From: a virus
Taxonomy: Duplodnaviria > Caudoviricetes
Virus record (IMG/VR): IMGVR_UViG_3300028833_000141
Coordinates: 1 to 64,000 of that record
DNA length: 64,000 bases
Direction: 5' to 3' (one strand)
The notes beneath the pieces were generated by a model. The model did no database searches, was not told the origin of the DNA, and saw only the letters and a list, made by a program, of their open reading frames with translations. The translations under genes and the position numbers were made by a program. Shown piece after piece: positions 29,601-41,100 of the stretch; position 1 is the first letter of the stretch, and every line of letters begins with the position of its first letter.

Positions 29601-31853
29601 AATACAGCCGATAATTGGTACTGTAGATTCCGAATCGTACCACATAATATCCTTGAAGATATGTTCTGTTTCAATTTCTACATTATTGATTTCCGCTGTC
29701 ATCCAACATTCAAGTAAATGTGCTCCATGTGCTTGTGATGGGAGAGAATATGACTGTAATACGCCGGATGCAGAGGTTGTTACAGATGTTAATTCAACGC
29801 CATCAAGCTTGAAATGAACAGTTTTTTGAATCGCTCCATAAGGTGTATATGTAAAGTTAACCGCTGAACCTACAGGATAAGTATTCCTATCGCTGAAATT
29901 TGATTCAAGTCTTACATCCGTTACTTGAACAGTCCAACTCTTTACATTGATAGAGCCGCCTTCGTCTGTGACAGTCAGCGTAAACTTCTGACTTCCAATA
30001 GAACAATAATCAGTAATATCAAAGGTATTTCTGCCTTGTACAAGGTTTCCGCTCATAACCGTTGTTGAGCCACGTTTAATTGTATATGTACCATCTACAT
30101 ATTCATTGTCTGAATCTGTCGATGAATAATCAATAACAATCAGAACAGGATCAGTGGTAGTACAAATAATAGGGGATGGGGTGATCTTATCTACAACAAG
30201 ATTTGTAGTAGAACTTGAACCGCCACCGCCACCACTCGGAAGTGTGAACTGACTTTTTACTGTTTCTGTCGAACCATCGACTTCATATAATGTATATACA
30301 TAAGTCTGATTATTTTCAGTCGTTAATGTCGCATAGTATGAAAGTCCTTCAACATCAATAGAATTGATTTGTTGTGCAAGCCTTTCAAGTGTTCTGCTCA
30401 GTCCTGTAATATTCTGCGTATTAACACTTACTTGGTCATTAAGTGCGCTTGTCATTACATCGATTTCACTCTTTGTGTAAGCATCTGAACCGATAGGACG
30501 GAAAGCATTATTAATCCATCTATAATGCTGATATAATCCTGCTGAGTTCAGAACATAATAATCAGTATATTCGTTTCCGCTTTCAGGAAGGGCAGATAAT
30601 ACTTCTGCTACTGAACCACCAACGATTTCCCAATATCCTGAGATATATTTATAGTAAATATAAGTTCCGTTATTTGCGAGAATGTAATCTGTATCTTCAT
30701 CACCGACTTCTGGCAATTCAGTTACTACTAATGTTGTTGCGCTACCGAATGTATCCCATCTTGATACATTATTTTCATCTGTAATCCACCAATATTTATC
30801 AAAACTGCCTGATGAATTTGGTATTAAATAGAATGTACGATTTTCTCCGACCGCTGGCAGTTCATTAACAATTGTGATTGAAAATGCGTCATAGTCAGCT
30901 AATGCAGCCTGAGTGTAGTTTCTCGCAAGCATCAGTATGCCTTGAAGCGCATCATGCAGATTATTATAGGTGAGCGTATCGCTTACTTGATAGGCTGCTC
31001 TGACAATACTTGCCAAATTATCAACGTCAAGTTGTACTGCGTCAGCCTTTGCTTTTGCATAATCGAATATATCTACTCGTCTGTTCTGAGGGTCATAGAC
31101 AGACGGTTGCATAGCATTATCTGCTTTTACAAGCGTTGATTCAAAATCGGTATCGACTTTTGATCTTGATAAAGTACCGTCTGCAATACTCAGCGCAGCC
31201 ATAGAACCAGAAGAAATGAGTTCAGCAAGTTCAGCCTGTACAGCATCATCAATAGCATTTGCGATAACATCACTGTTTTCAAGTGCGTCAAGCTGTTGTG
31301 CCATTCTATCGACTTGTGCCTGAGAAGCCTTTAATGATAATGCACTATTTATACTGTTGATGCTTGTTCCAATATCATCTATATCCGACTGATCCGCTTT
31401 TGTATTAATCTGTCTTTGTAATTCTCTGTCGGCTGCAACTAACTCAGCAGAGTTTTGTTCATTCCATGTAGTAAGATTATTTACTCTTGTTACAAGCTGT
31501 GTATATAATGATTGTGAAATATCTGTACTTTGAGCATCAGACACAAGAATATTAGGATCAATATTCAGAGTTAAATAATTTGTAGTAGCAATTACATCTT
31601 CATCACTACCATATAACATAACGGTGCAAGTTCCAGGTTGTATTTCCGATGGTAAATAAGCTCCGTTATCCTCATCGAGATAAACATTATAAAATACTCC
31701 CTCTTGACCAAACTGAGCGAATGTAGTAAGACTATCCCATTCGCTTGGTAAATTAAATACCAGCTTTATAAAATTTTGTGTACCTTCAATAAGTGTTTTA
31801 AGGTTTGTCGTAACTTTTAATTTTTGATTAACGACAGCTATTAAAATTTCCAT
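23603..31853 (-). CDS. giant tail fibre / receptor-binding protein, DGR target, spliced: join(31853..28430, 28121..27047, 26747..23603), 2547 aa
   Basis: BppU-like N-terminus, acidic ELPxxG repeats, CotH-kinase-like region, LRRs, B-repeats, ConA-like domain, C-lectin-like VR domain; splicing restores HAGQGTTS and DTALGINNSG in frame. Confidence 0.88.
23612..23750 (-). repeat. DGR variable repeat (VR) at the 3' end of the tail fibre gene
   Basis: Encodes [46 protein letters not shown]; matches TR except at TR adenines (one G>T, one extra codon). Confidence 0.96.
26748..27046 (-). ncRNA. group I intron B (299 nt, no ORF)
   Basis: 5' exon ends in U; P1 ACTTGGCAT/GTGCCAAGT; P3 TTCCTTC/GAAGGAA; P7 ACGACTA/TAGTCT; ends AACAGAATG. 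Confidence 0.92.
28122..28429 (-). ncRNA. group I intron A (308 nt, no ORF)
   Basis: P3 CTGCGGA/TCCGCAG; P7 ACGCATA/TATGCT; ends in G; removal restores the frame (C|AA = Gln). Confidence 0.87.
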
Positions 31854-31879
31854 ATATTATTCTCCTTTTCGGTAAAAAT

Positions 31880-31903
31880 AAAAGCGGTACGAATACCGCT
31901 TTT
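31880..31903 (-). terminator. intrinsic terminator
   Basis: AAAAGCGGTA / TACCGCTTTT stem. Confidence 0.65.
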
Positions 31904-31930
31904 GAAAACTATTAGAGATAACAGAACGAG

Positions 31931-32383
31931 TTATTTATCCTCGTTTTCCTCATTCTGTTTATCGTTTTCTTCTTCACATAAAATGCTTTGAAGAATAATA
32001 ATATCTTTTGGTGCAAGTACATCATACTTGCCATTATTATCATCATAATTGAATAATTCTTCGTCAATATGATAAAGGTCTATATCGAGTTCTATGTCTG
32101 CAAGCTCCTGATATTCTTCGCGGAAATCTTCAAAATGTCCGTCAAGTTTGAAAACAGGTGAACCGTTATCCGCTCTTATAATTTCTCCATCATCATCCTT
32201 TTTAATATCATCGTCATACTTTTTTTCAAGCTGACGAAACGCCATTTCATAGGTATCTACTTCCGGTTGAAGTTTTTTAAGATTTTTTATTATGGCATAT
32301 GATATTTTTTGAGGAAATTTCATTCCTAATAAACTATCCAATATTTGATATATATTTATTATTTCCAAATTTTTATATTTCAT
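31931..32383 (-). CDS. hypothetical tail-region protein
   Basis: 150-aa ORF with RBS in the late operon. Confidence 0.6.
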   Translation of the reverse strand: MKYKNLEIINIYQILDSLLGMKFPQKISYAIIKNLKKLQPEVDTYEMAFRQLEKKYDDDIKKDDDGEIIRADNGSPVFKLDGHFEDFREEYQELADIELDIDLYHIDEELFNYDDNNGKYDVLAPKDIIILQSILCEEENDKQNEENEDK

Positions 32384-32405
32384 TATCTTTCTCCTAAATT
32401 CTTAA

Positions 32406-32624
32406 TTAAGAATCACTATCTTCTTGACTGTGCGCAAAAAATTTATGTTCAATCACTTGTCCTTCTTCCGTTAAAATTGCAGCGGAATGAAGCGGCAATT
32501 GGCTTTTTGCTGCGTATGAAAGAACAGAATAATACTTACTATACGCATCATTTCTATTATCATATGAGTCAACAAGCGTTGCTACGCTATTACTCTTTTG
32601 AATTTCAATTACTATATAATTCAT
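32406..32624 (-). CDS. hypothetical tail-region protein
   Basis: AAAGGAGG RBS; overlaps the upstream stop. Confidence 0.6.
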   Translation of the reverse strand: MNYIVIEIQKSNSVATLVDSYDNRNDAYSKYYSVLSYAAKSQLPLHSAAILTEEGQVIEHKFFAHSQEDSDS

Positions 32625-35600
32625 TGACAGCCTCCTTTAATTGATCTATTTCACTTTGTTGTTCTTGAATGACTTTTACCATTGGAGCAATCAATTGTTC
32701 GTAGCACATACCCCAAGTTAATTCGTTATCATCTACATCCTCTCCATAATATGGAACAAGTTCATCATCTTTATAAGAGGCACTATATAGAGCTAAATTC
32801 AAATCTCTACTATTACACCAACTTGCCACATCTTGCGCAATAAACCCCATGCGAGTACGGCGATGATCGCCATGCTTCCAATAGAAATCAACAGGATTTA
32901 AGCCCATTATTAAGTCATGCGCAAAACTAATAGAACCAGTTACATCTTTTTCTTTTCTATCGGATGTACTATTGTTAGAGTTAATACAATATACAGCCGC
33001 CCAACGGTTTGACGAAGTACCACTTACAACAGATTGATCTCCGTCCGGTCTAAATATGCCATTACCGTTAGAAGAAACCTCTCTTCTTAAAACAAGACCG
33101 CAACCAGCCGAATCAATTTTTACACCGCCGCTACCAGCCCAAATGTGCAAAGCCCCACCAGAGGAAGATGCTTCTGTTGAACCCCCACTATATATTTGCA
33201 TATCTCCATCGGTTCTAAATACACCTGAACCATAACTACGATAGGTCAAATTATAGCCACCATCATTTAAGTCAATTTTCCCTCTATCTGTAGAGCTGTT
33301 TCTAAAATGTACTGTACTACCACTAATATACATATTATATGAATTGGCTTCTCCCAATCTTATCGAAGAACCAAAACTTGCTATTTGGGTAGAACCATCG
33401 TAGACATCCATTCCGCCACTTGTAATGATGCATCTCCCATTTGTGCTTGATGATGTAATAACTAAACCTGAGTTTGTAACGGAAAGAAAATTAGTTGCGG
33501 TTTTGGCAGCGTTACTTGCAGCAGAGTATGCACTTGAAGCATAACTATATGCGCTACTCGCATCTGACGCAGCATCATTAACATCACTGACTAATCCATT
33601 TAATGTAATATTTCCAATTTTGACAGTTCCATCAATAGTAAGAGTTGAGCCATTATAAACCAACTTTCCATAAGCAAGGTTAAATGTTCCATCAGAATTG
33701 ATCTGCGTTTGATTGTTACTACCTGCATATAAATTTCCGTTTGAATCTATATAAAGTCCAGTCTGACCTGTAGCACTCGAAGTCTTATTGCCAGCAGAAA
33801 GGGAAGTAGCCGAAACCGCACCTTTGACAGAAAGGGAAGAACCATTAAATACAAGTTTGTCTGTCCCTAAAGTCAGAGTGCCACTACTTCCGATTTGGAC
33901 TTCATTGTTACTACCTGCATATAGATTTCCGCTTGAATCAATATAAAGTCCGGTCTGCCCTGTAAGATTAGAAGTCTTATTTCCTGTTGATAAAGAAATG
34001 GCTTTTACATGACCATCAACACTTAATGTTACTCCATCGTATTTAAACCTACCGCCACCAAAATTGAATAATCCTGTGTCGAGATTCAGAATCGATCCTT
34101 CTGTATTATCAACACCGCCATTCAAACCATTATAGTTAATGTCTTTGATGTAGCCTGTCGTGATACATTTTCCGTCAATCCAAGTTGTACCTTGCGCCAA
34201 ACCGCCAAATGTGGCAAGCCGAGCGGTTATCTTATTTACATCAATAGTATCTAAGATAATATCTGTAACTCTTGTACCGAATGTTTCCGAATTTAATAAC
34301 TTGGCAAGCATAGTATTACTGAGTGTTACATCAATATCATCAGATTCACCATAACCGCCTGAACCATCATTACCAGATGATGAATTGCGTCCACCGCTGC
34401 CCGATCCGTTTCCAAGTAAATAACCCCAATCGTTATAATCAGACCTTGACCGAGTAAAATTAGAAAACTCGATAGACAAACTATTTGAAGAAGGCAGGCA
34501 AGGATTGAAAGTAAATCCAATCATGCGAAGCCTGACATAAGTTTTATCTCTGTATTGAACTAAAACATAATTTCCCGGATTAAAGGAATCCCAAAATGGT
34601 TCAAATTCACTCAGACCTAATAAATTATCAGCTTCAACAGAAAACACTAATTGTGGTCTTGAAGTTTCAGAAACCTTGTCTTTCGCATCTTCTAATAATT
34701 CACGCATTATATCTATTTTGCGTGACGTAGAATCAATAGAAGTCGTTATTATATTTTCATTTTCATAATCAGAATCACGCAGTAATCTATAAATCGTATT
34801 ACATTCATCAGCAGTAAAATAAGAATCGTATTGGACGCTTTGAGTTATCGCAACTCTTTGAGATTGAATATCATTTTGTAATTGCTTCAATGAATCAATC
34901 TGCGTTTGCAGAGTTTCAAGATATGCTTGTGCAGATAAAACATTGTTGTAATAAACCATATAATCATCATAGCGGTATAAAAGGGAAGTATTACCATACG
35001 ATGATTTCTCTGCCGTAGTAAGTTCATTCCAAGTCTTGATTTCATAGCCAGATGAATTTTTACGAATTACAATCGAAGCCGATTCTCCGCTGCCTACGCC
35101 TTCTTGCTCTTCAAGCATTAAATCCATATTCTGCTTATAAGTATCTATTTTGGCTTGTAATTCAATAGTTCCGAACAAGCTCCAATTTGTTTCCCATTCT
35201 TTGATCTTATTCCTATATAAAGTTATCTGTTCATCCGTCCAATAGGATTGATCGTTATAGTTCGGATAAACAACAATTGCACAGGTAACTTCATCTATCA
35301 ACGAATTATAAGCGCAATAATCCCACCAATATGGTGTAGTCTTTATATATGATTCTTTAATGCTGCCATCAATATTGAGTCCTGCGTCACCGTATTCATT
35401 CTTATACAGAGTTTTCAAAGTCGCTAACAGATTCTTATAATGAGTCAGCATAGCTTTGAGTTCATCTATAGTGAATGTACTCCAATCATTACTGAGTTCA
35501 TCATTAGGAACACGATTTTCAATTTCTGATATTTCAGCAGCATAAGTTTCATACTGCTTCGACAAGGTGATATATTCTTCGCGCTGTTGCTCACGAAATT

Positions 35601-37239
35601 CTTTAAACGCATTATATTTTTCAGACAGCGAATCAGAAACATATATCTTGTCACCATCTTCATTGACAGCGTTCATTTTATATCCCAAATCTTCGACATA
35701 CGGACTACCGAAATTTACTCTTGTGATTCCTAAATCATCACCGCCTGTAACATATAATCGAGTAGCTAATCTATCTTCCTCGGTATTGATTTTTAAGGAA
35801 TTAACTAAATTGTCATATCCTAAAACAATACCTGTATCAGAACCAATTTCCGACACAGGCGTTAGATTGACTTTGCGATTTAATAAATCAAAGGTGACTA
35901 TACATTCGGCTGAACTTGACAATGATTGAGTCAAGAATGAATAAACGGTTTCATTTGCTTCAAATTGATATTTCTTATTAGCCAAAGAATAATCACCGTT
36001 TTCAACACCGTATATATCTCCAACCGTCCATCCTGTGTTTTCCAGAATGATAGGGAGCATACTTAACTGATTTCTATATTTTGTGTAAAACTGAATCAGA
36101 TAGTTTATTCTGCCATCTAATAAATCGGTAAGAATATATGAAGATACTACATTTCCCTCGGTCAGAGAATAAGAGTATTTATATGAAGTTACTGCATATA
36201 CGTTTTCGATAGTGACATTCTCCAAATCAGAAATACCTGTAGCATACCAAACCGCACTCATCAGCATATTTTGGTAGTCATATATATTGTCACTTAAAAC
36301 ATAGGTGTAATCATATGAAGTTATCTGTCCGTTAGAACGATTTATAGTTTCTTGAATAGTAGGGGAGTTGATACGCTTTGAACAAACTCTATGTGATGTC
36401 TCACCATCATGTACATACGCATAGCTGATACGCAAATCACATGTAACAGGTACATAAGAAACACCGATGCAATTATCAATTTGCGCTATACTAATAGTGT
36501 ATGAATATCTGTTTAATGGCAAAGTAAATTCTACGTTTCTTGAAGTTTCGCCATTGTACTGAGGAATAATATATTCGACAAAATTAGTATCCTTTGTACC
36601 ATCCTCATTATCAAAATAAATCGCTCTATTCTTCAATCGAGGAATGAGTGTTGTAATGTCTGTTATTTCTTGCACCTTTTCAGCATCAGAAACAACAATA
36701 TCTCCATTTGCATTTTCAGCACCAAAATGTCCGTTTCGTAATAATGCTAAAAATTCGGTAAGCTGTTCTGGAAATGTGTTATATAATACGATCCAATCAT
36801 AAGGTATGCCTGTATATGGATTAACAAGTTCATCCGTTTCGTCAGAATCATATTCTACAAGATATTCCATTGATGTTTTCTTACCTGTATTGATAGATAA
36901 ATCTATGTTTTTATCTTCAAGTTCTGAATCAATAGAGTATGCTTTAACACTTTTTCTGCTTTTATTTTCATCATTTAATATTTCCGGATGAATCATTTTG
37001 AAGAATCCAACATGATCTACATAAAGATACATACCTTCATGGATATAGCTGTACCAATTAGATATATCATCATTATTTGTAACTTCAAAACTTAATTCAT
37101 ATTGCCGATTCAAATGTATGCTTAAAGATGCTGTTGATTGATCTATGATATTATCAAGACAACCGAGGATCGTCTTATCTGCTTTTGCTAAATAAATACT
37201 TAAAGGAGTGGGGTTATTATAAATATCTATTGTAAACAT
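32605..37239 (-). CDS. tail hub/spike protein with C-terminal intramolecular chaperone (peptidase S74-like)
   Basis: Follows Dit; coiled coil, beta-rich repeats; TSDRKEK...RMGFIAQDV...YEQLIAPMVKVIQE. Confidence 0.8.
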   Translation of the reverse strand: MFTIDIYNNPTPLSIYLAKADKTILGCLDNIIDQSTASLSIHLNRQYELSFEVTNNDDISNWYSYIHEGMYLYVDHVGFFKMIHPEILNDENKSRKSVKAYSIDSELEDKNIDLSINTGKKTSMEYLVEYDSDETDELVNPYTGIPYDWIVLYNTFPEQLTEFLALLRNGHFGAENANGDIVVSDAEKVQEITDITTLIPRLKNRAIYFDNEDGTKDTNFVEYIIPQYNGETSRNVEFTLPLNRYSYTISIAQIDNCIGVSYVPVTCDLRISYAYVHDGETSHRVCSKRINSPTIQETINRSNGQITSYDYTYVLSDNIYDYQNMLMSAVWYATGISDLENVTIENVYAVTSYKYSYSLTEGNVVSSYILTDLLDGRINYLIQFYTKYRNQLSMLPIILENTGWTVGDIYGVENGDYSLANKKYQFEANETVYSFLTQSLSSSAECIVTFDLLNRKVNLTPVSEIGSDTGIVLGYDNLVNSLKINTEEDRLATRLYVTGGDDLGITRVNFGSPYVEDLGYKMNAVNEDGDKIYVSDSLSEKYNAFKEFREQQREEYITLSKQYETYAAEISEIENRVPNDELSNDWSTFTIDELKAMLTHYKNLLATLKTLYKNEYGDAGLNIDGSIKESYIKTTPYWWDYCAYNSLIDEVTCAIVVYPNYNDQSYWTDEQITLYRNKIKEWETNWSLFGTIELQAKIDTYKQNMDLMLEEQEGVGSGESASIVIRKNSSGYEIKTWNELTTAEKSSYGNTSLLYRYDDYMVYYNNVLSAQAYLETLQTQIDSLKQLQNDIQSQRVAITQSVQYDSYFTADECNTIYRLLRDSDYENENIITTSIDSTSRKIDIMRELLEDAKDKVSETSRPQLVFSVEADNLLGLSEFEPFWDSFNPGNYVLVQYRDKTYVRLRMIGFTFNPCLPSSNSLSIEFSNFTRSRSDYNDWGYLLGNGSGSGGRNSSSGNDGSGGYGESDDIDVTLSNTMLAKLLNSETFGTRVTDIILDTIDVNKITARLATFGGLAQGTTWIDGKCITTGYIKDINYNGLNGGVDNTEGSILNLDTGLFNFGGGRFKYDGVTLSVDGHVKAISLSTGNKTSNLTGQTGLYIDSSGNLYAGSNNEVQIGSSGTLTLGTDKLVFNGSSLSVKGAVSATSLSAGNKTSSATGQTGLYIDSNGNLYAGSNNQTQINSDGTFNLAYGKLVYNGSTLTIDGTVKIGNITLNGLVSDVNDAASDASSAYSYASSAYSAASNAAKTATNFLSVTNSGLVITSSSTNGRCIITSGGMDVYDGSTQIASFGSSIRLGEANSYNMYISGSTVHFRNSSTDRGKIDLNDGGYNLTYRSYGSGVFRTDGDMQIYSGGSTEASSSGGALHIWAGSGGVKIDSAGCGLVLRREVSSNGNGIFRPDGDQSVVSGTSSNRWAAVYCINSNNSTSDRKEKDVTGSISFAHDLIMGLNPVDFYWKHGDHRRTRMGFIAQDVASWCNSRDLNLALYSASYKDDELVPYYGEDVDDNELTWGMCYEQLIAPMVKVIQEQQSEIDQLKEAVNELYSN

Positions 37240-37240
37240 A

Positions 37241-38131
37241 TTAGAAACCTCCTGCCTTTAAAATATCTCTATAACGAATTTGTATATCTTCAATAGTATT
37301 TCCATCCGAAGGAGTGAATACTAAATTGTTTTCATTCGGAACAAAGGAAAGCCAATAAAAAAGAACCATATCTGTAGATATGAAATTATAATTATCAGCC
37401 TCAGATGGAACTACGCCAATATCTCCCAAAGAAACTAATTTACCATTTTGATCTGTAACTATTTTTTGTTCGCAATCTATTGTGATTTGGGATTTTCCTT
37501 CCGGTAAAGTAATAGCCATAATGCTATTGTTATCTGATGTATTCTTTATCTCTAAAGATTCATCACTACCAAATGTACTTGACGATGTAATTATTACCTT
37601 TGGTTTTAAATATTCTTGATGTTCCGAAGAAAGATTTATGACTCTTCCATTAACTGCTGCGCTACCATCTGTAACTTTGAAAACTGATTTTCTTTCATCT
37701 GAATATGCGTAAGGTGCATTACAAGTAAACTGTAAATATAAACCAAAACAATCTCCCCGATGATTGAAAGGTTGCACATTAGTAAACACTCCAAAATAAT
37801 GGGCAGTCATATCATCTTGTTTTAATGGCACAACAAGTTCAGTTGGTTTCTTTGGACTTTCAAGCCATCCTCTGAGATAATGAATATCATCACCTGTTAA
37901 TTTAAAATCTTCCCAAGTTTCACATTCATCTTCATCTTTGATAATTAAAAAATCCAAAACAAGGGCATCTGAATATGTTGTGCCGAAATGGTTTGGTTTC
38001 GCTCTTAATGAAGTGATCTCTGATTTATCAATACTTCTTGAAACAAAAGATTGAGAGTTTTCAGGATCGTACATCTTCATTGACCATTCAGATAGCCACG
38101 AATCACCAAACATAAAATCTTCACTTATCAT
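37241..38131 (-). CDS. distal tail protein (Dit-like)
   Basis: Directly after the tape measure; LRGWLESP, FTCNAPYAY; ATG 38131 behind AAGGAGG. Confidence 0.75.
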   Translation of the reverse strand: MISEDFMFGDSWLSEWSMKMYDPENSQSFVSRSIDKSEITSLRAKPNHFGTTYSDALVLDFLIIKDEDECETWEDFKLTGDDIHYLRGWLESPKKPTELVVPLKQDDMTAHYFGVFTNVQPFNHRGDCFGLYLQFTCNAPYAYSDERKSVFKVTDGSAAVNGRVINLSSEHQEYLKPKVIITSSSTFGSDESLEIKNTSDNNSIMAITLPEGKSQITIDCEQKIVTDQNGKLVSLGDIGVVPSEADNYNFISTDMVLFYWLSFVPNENNLVFTPSDGNTIEDIQIRYRDILKAGGF

Positions 38132-38157
38132 TAAAATTGCCCTCCTTATAAGAAAAA

Positions 38158-38181
38158 GGGTAGTCACCGAAATGACTACCC
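38158..38181 (-). terminator. intrinsic terminator after the tape measure gene
   Basis: GGGTAGTCA / TGACTACCC stem plus T tract on the minus strand. Confidence 0.7.
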
Positions 38182-38191
38182 ATGTACTTAA

Positions 38192-41100
38192 CTATATTCT
38201 TCTCGTACCACCCGTTCTTACGAAATCTTTTTTGATACGCTCAGTAGTATAGTTATATGATTGCTCTAAGAAATCTTGACTAAACCGTTTAAGTTCTTCG
38301 ACAACAGATCGATCAACATTTCCCTCTATATTGATTAAATTATCATAGTGTTGATTAACACTGGCTGCACCAAATGTACCATTAGCGTTTATAGGCATTC
38401 TGCCTGATGCCATTTGATACAAGCGTTGGGTGAGGGCAGAAGGTACTACTCCGTCACCAGGATTGAAATGTGATATTATGCCGTTCTTAGTTACAAGCAA
38501 TTCACTTCCAGCTTCATTTGATAAACCAACAAGACTACTTCCTACTCTGCGTGTTCCGGATGCAAAGTGGGTTTGAATACCAGAAACACCATAGAAAGCA
38601 AGCAACTTTTCTAAAGATTTTGAAACTAAAGCTGCATTATCTTCTTGAATTGTTTTAGCATCAGCAAGAAGTTGTTTCATATCTTCGAGATTTACACCGA
38701 GTTTTTCCCATTTTTCGTCAAACTCTTCACTGAGAATGTCCTGCATCTCATCAAGGGCATCGGACGATAAATCGAAATAATGATCTCTGCGAGTTTCAGC
38801 TAAATCTTCTTGCGCTTCTACAAGCTGTTCTTGTAGCCTCGCCATAGATGCTTTAGCTTCTGCCGTTCCAATTCCTTCAAGTGCTGCTATCTGTGCAGTC
38901 AACTCTTGAATATCTTTAGTCTTATCTTTTATTGTCTTATCATAATCATAATATGACTTTTTGGCTGATAAAGCCTTATTTCGTGAGTCAACAAGTTTCT
39001 TCAAAGCATCAAGTTCTGCCTGATCAATATCCTTATACATTTCACGAATCTCATTTATATATCCCTTCATATCGGATGCAGAGGATAAGAGATTTTTTTG
39101 TAATTCGGCTTGTTTATCAAAATACTCTTCCTGAGTGTACATGCCTTGTGCATAAAGGTTATTCAGATTCTTAATGTCATTAGCGTAGTTGCCAACTTCA
39201 TCCCTTGTTGCTTCAAACTGCTTTGCTAACAAAGCGACTCTGGTAATACCATAATCTGTAAAGTTATGTTCTCTATCAAACAACATATCATCATCAATCA
39301 AATTAGATAAGCCGTTTAAAGTATCACTAAGCTTTTCTGCTGCTTTGTGCGCACGCTCGAATGAACGCCAATACACATCATCACGCAAAGCATCCCTGAG
39401 TTTATCAATATCTGCCTGTAAAGAATTGACATCCGCTTTATATCCCATGTAAGCGGTTTCCCATTCATCAGCAGTTTTGCCGCCATACACTCTATCGCTT
39501 GAACTTAATGCCTTTTGCCAATCACGATATGCTTGATTTGCTTCACTTTCCAAATCGGCTAACTTAGAAAGGTTAGCATCAATTTGATTTGTATAATCTT
39601 GTTCAGAAGAATCACGACCAAGTTGTTCATTCAAATCAAGAATGGATTCGTAATATTTCTCGATAGAGTCAAGACGAGCGAGTGCTTTGTCAAGAACATC
39701 ATAAGGCAATTGTGCGATTGCATTATTATATTCTTCTTGATCTTTAGCGCACTCTTGAATCTTAGTTCTATAATCAGAGACAGCATTAGTAGCATCTATA
39801 TATTCCTGACTGCTTGTAGTCCAAAGACCTTTGGCTAAATTATCAGCAATTACTTCATTTAATGCACTAATTTCTCTGGTATAAGAATCTTGCAGACGCA
39901 TACTATTACCGATCAATGAACCATAATCATAACTACTTAAAGATAATCCTCTTGTAGTTTTCAAATCTTGCTGTGCTTGCAATAAATCCATATCGGCAGT
40001 AATAGTATTCTGCTCATTAGTAAATTCTTGCTGCACATTCTCAAATTTCTGCCGACCAAGTGCAGCTTGTTCGATCTTAGCTGTTGCTTCGTCAATTTCT
40101 AATTGTGCTTGCGCTTCGTTATATGAAGTCAAAGCCATGTTATAGTTATAACATGCTTGATAGAAAGCCATAGATACATAGCCTTTAGAAACGTATTCGG
40201 CAAGTTTAGTAATTATAGAAGCACTGATTTCTTTCCTGGAATTAACAGCACTTTTTGCAGCTTCGATATATTGTTCAACTGCTTTACGAGTCTTATTATT
40301 ATTTGATAATTTCTTTAATTTGCTCGTAACGCCAGACATATCTGACACTGAACTAATATAAGAATTTACAGAATCACTTAATCTATTAACAAGTTCTCTG
40401 TCATTGTCAACAATAGCAGAGTAGTATGTTGAAGCCTGATCAAGTAAGCTGTTCTTTGCAGTAAACCCTGTTGCTGCATCTGCTTGTTTTGACAAAACAT
40501 CAATTCGGCTGTCTGCTTGATCATTTTGTGCTTCTGTCATATCAAGCATATTTTGGAATATCTCGGCACTTGTTTCAGCATAATTAACCGCAGCTTCAAG
40601 ACGAGTATCTTCTAATATCTTCTGAATATCTTTACTTGTCGTTAAACCTTCATTATATGAAACGAAACTAACATACAAACTTGGATTATATTTTCTGATA
40701 GTTTTAAGAGTACCGGATGCGATTGCGGTTTTTTCTTTTATACAGTTTTGTGCCTTCTTTATAGCATTCCTATATGCTTTAAGCTGTTTCTTTGATAATT
40801 TCTTTCCCTTATACTTCCGCTTTTTAGCATTCTTTGTTTTATACGCTTTTGATGCTTTCTTTCCGGCTGAATTTGCTGCTTTATCTTCTTGTGCTGCAAA
40901 ATCACTTTCAATTGATGTGACGTTTTCATCGTATGCGGATTGCTGTGATAAGAGAAGTTCATTCCTTGCTGCCAATTGACTCATAGCAAATGCGCCTGTA
41001 GCATTTGAACCACTTGTCGCAATTGTCGAGAGAGATTCCGCTAAATCTATTTTAGCATCCCTTTGAGCATCACGAAGGTCTTTAAGACTCTTGATGTAGT

